NCBI GenBank assembly: GCA_028534125.1 | Contig: CM052817.1 | Coordinates: 103,604,001 to 103,668,000, forward strand | Direction: 5' to 3' | Source: Lama glama | Lineage: Eukaryota | Length of the DNA: 64,000 nt | Shown here: piece by piece, positions 62,983 to 64,000 of the stretch | Numbering within the stretch: the stretch's first letter is position 1 | Layout of the letters: each line of letters starts with the position of its first letter | Made by a program: the position numbers and the translations under genes | The notes under the pieces: generated by a model | Told to the model about the DNA's origin: nothing | Seen by the model: the letters and a program-made list of their open reading frames with translations, nothing else | Databases searched by the model: none

Positions 62983-63108
62983 GTTTTTTGTTTGTTTGTT
63001 TGTTTGTTTGGGGGGGAGATAATTAAATTGATTGATTTATTTTAGTGAAGGTACTGGGGATTGAACCCAGGACTTTGTGGCTCTACCACTGAGCTATACC
63101 CTGCCCCC
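62983..63108 (-). mobile_element. tRNA-Ala-derived SINE with internal deletion
   Basis: ggtactggggattgaacccaggactttgtg joined directly to gctctaccactgagctataccc (anticodon arm lost); (TTTG)n tail. Confidence 0.88.
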
Positions 63109-63454
63109 TGACAGTTAAGCTTTCTATCCCATCAGTCTCTTTCTTTTTCTGTTTGGCTCAATGTTATTACTAGAAGCCAAAAAGTGAGCAGAGTAGAATT
63201 TTATATCCTCTCATCATTCATAAACATGATAGACACCTCTAAATAGTTTGGGAACTTTCCATTTTCATAGGATATCCTGTGTTGACCGCAAGAATCATTC
63301 CTTTAGCCGTATTACTATTTAATTTCCGCTGGTTCTTTCATCCAATGTTCAGGCATTGTTGAGCAATTTGTATTGTGTTGTGTGTGCAACTGAGCACGAG
63401 TCAGGACCCACTGGGCACTGCTCAGGGTATCCTGGGCTGCTCTGAGGGCCTGAT

Positions 63455-63625
63455 CTGCGGATCATGTCATCTGTACACACAGACGGTGACATGGGCGCTG
63501 TTCTTTTCCTGTTTTTCTGTGGAGGAAACTCAACCACGGAGAAATTCAACCACCAGCCTTGGGCCACACAGGTAGGAAGTGGAATGTGAGCCTCAGTGTG
63601 TAGATTCCAGACCCTTCTTCTTAAC
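63455..63625. mobile_element. MIR SINE
   Basis: gtggaggaaactcaacc...cttgggccacacaggtaggaagtgg...tgtgtagattccagaccc. Confidence 0.6.
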
Positions 63626-64000
63626 TCAGTTCTCTCTCCAAAGGCTGCGATGTAAGTGCCCAGTTTATGATACACACTGAGAGGGTTTTCCACGAGGGAA
63701 GGCATGGTTGATTTCCAGGCATTTGACCTGACCTCCAAGAAGGCTGAATCGGTGAGGACTGGGAATGCTGAACTGCACAGCTAAACGACAGGGACCCACC
63801 AGAGGGTTGGAGATCTTGCAGCAAAGAGGGAAAGCTACCTCGGTGATGCTTTAGATGAGCAGAGTATTTGGCGGCCTGTGGTGGGAGGTGGGTTTAGTGG
63901 GGAGAACCAGGCGTGGGCGTGAGGGAGTTAGCACCCAGGTGAGAGGTCTTCGGACCAGTCTTGCAACTGTCTAGGTATGCAGTGATTTGGGCTGGAAACT

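Noticed and set aside
1..64000. CRISPR arrays, operons, rRNA or prokaryotic defence systems
   Set aside because: Sequence is mammalian; no regularly spaced repeat-spacer structure or gene-dense organisation is present

Overview
Mammalian, repeat-rich, non-coding genomic DNA, most likely from a camelid (inferred from 14 copies of a tRNA-Ala-derived SINE resembling camelid vic-1 and from cetartiodactyl-type L1 3' ends). I find no credible host protein-coding gene: the recognisable ORFs are L1 ORF2, HAL1/L1 ORF1 or CR1/L3 RT fossils, or they run through two 500-N assembly gaps (31062-31561, 56644-57143). Much of the window is L1, L2, L3, MIR, SINE, MaLR/ERV1 solo LTRs and hAT MITEs, many with readable target-site duplications (TSDs). 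The most notable signals are: (i) a possible minus-strand spliced non-coding transcript starting in the CpG-rich patch near 59.8 kb; (ii) dense transcription-factor motif clusters at ~13.7-14.9 kb and ~20.7-20.8 kb and an isolated CTCF motif at 46.16 kb; (iii) unusual retrotransposition products: two L1s stacked at one triplicated target with an apparent 3' transduction, a tailless 35-nt U2 retrocopy, and a ~48-bp L1 tip nested in an older L1. I see no evidence for a wholly new biological system. Repeat subfamily names come from recalled consensus sequences, not a database search, and boundaries without a TSD are approximate.
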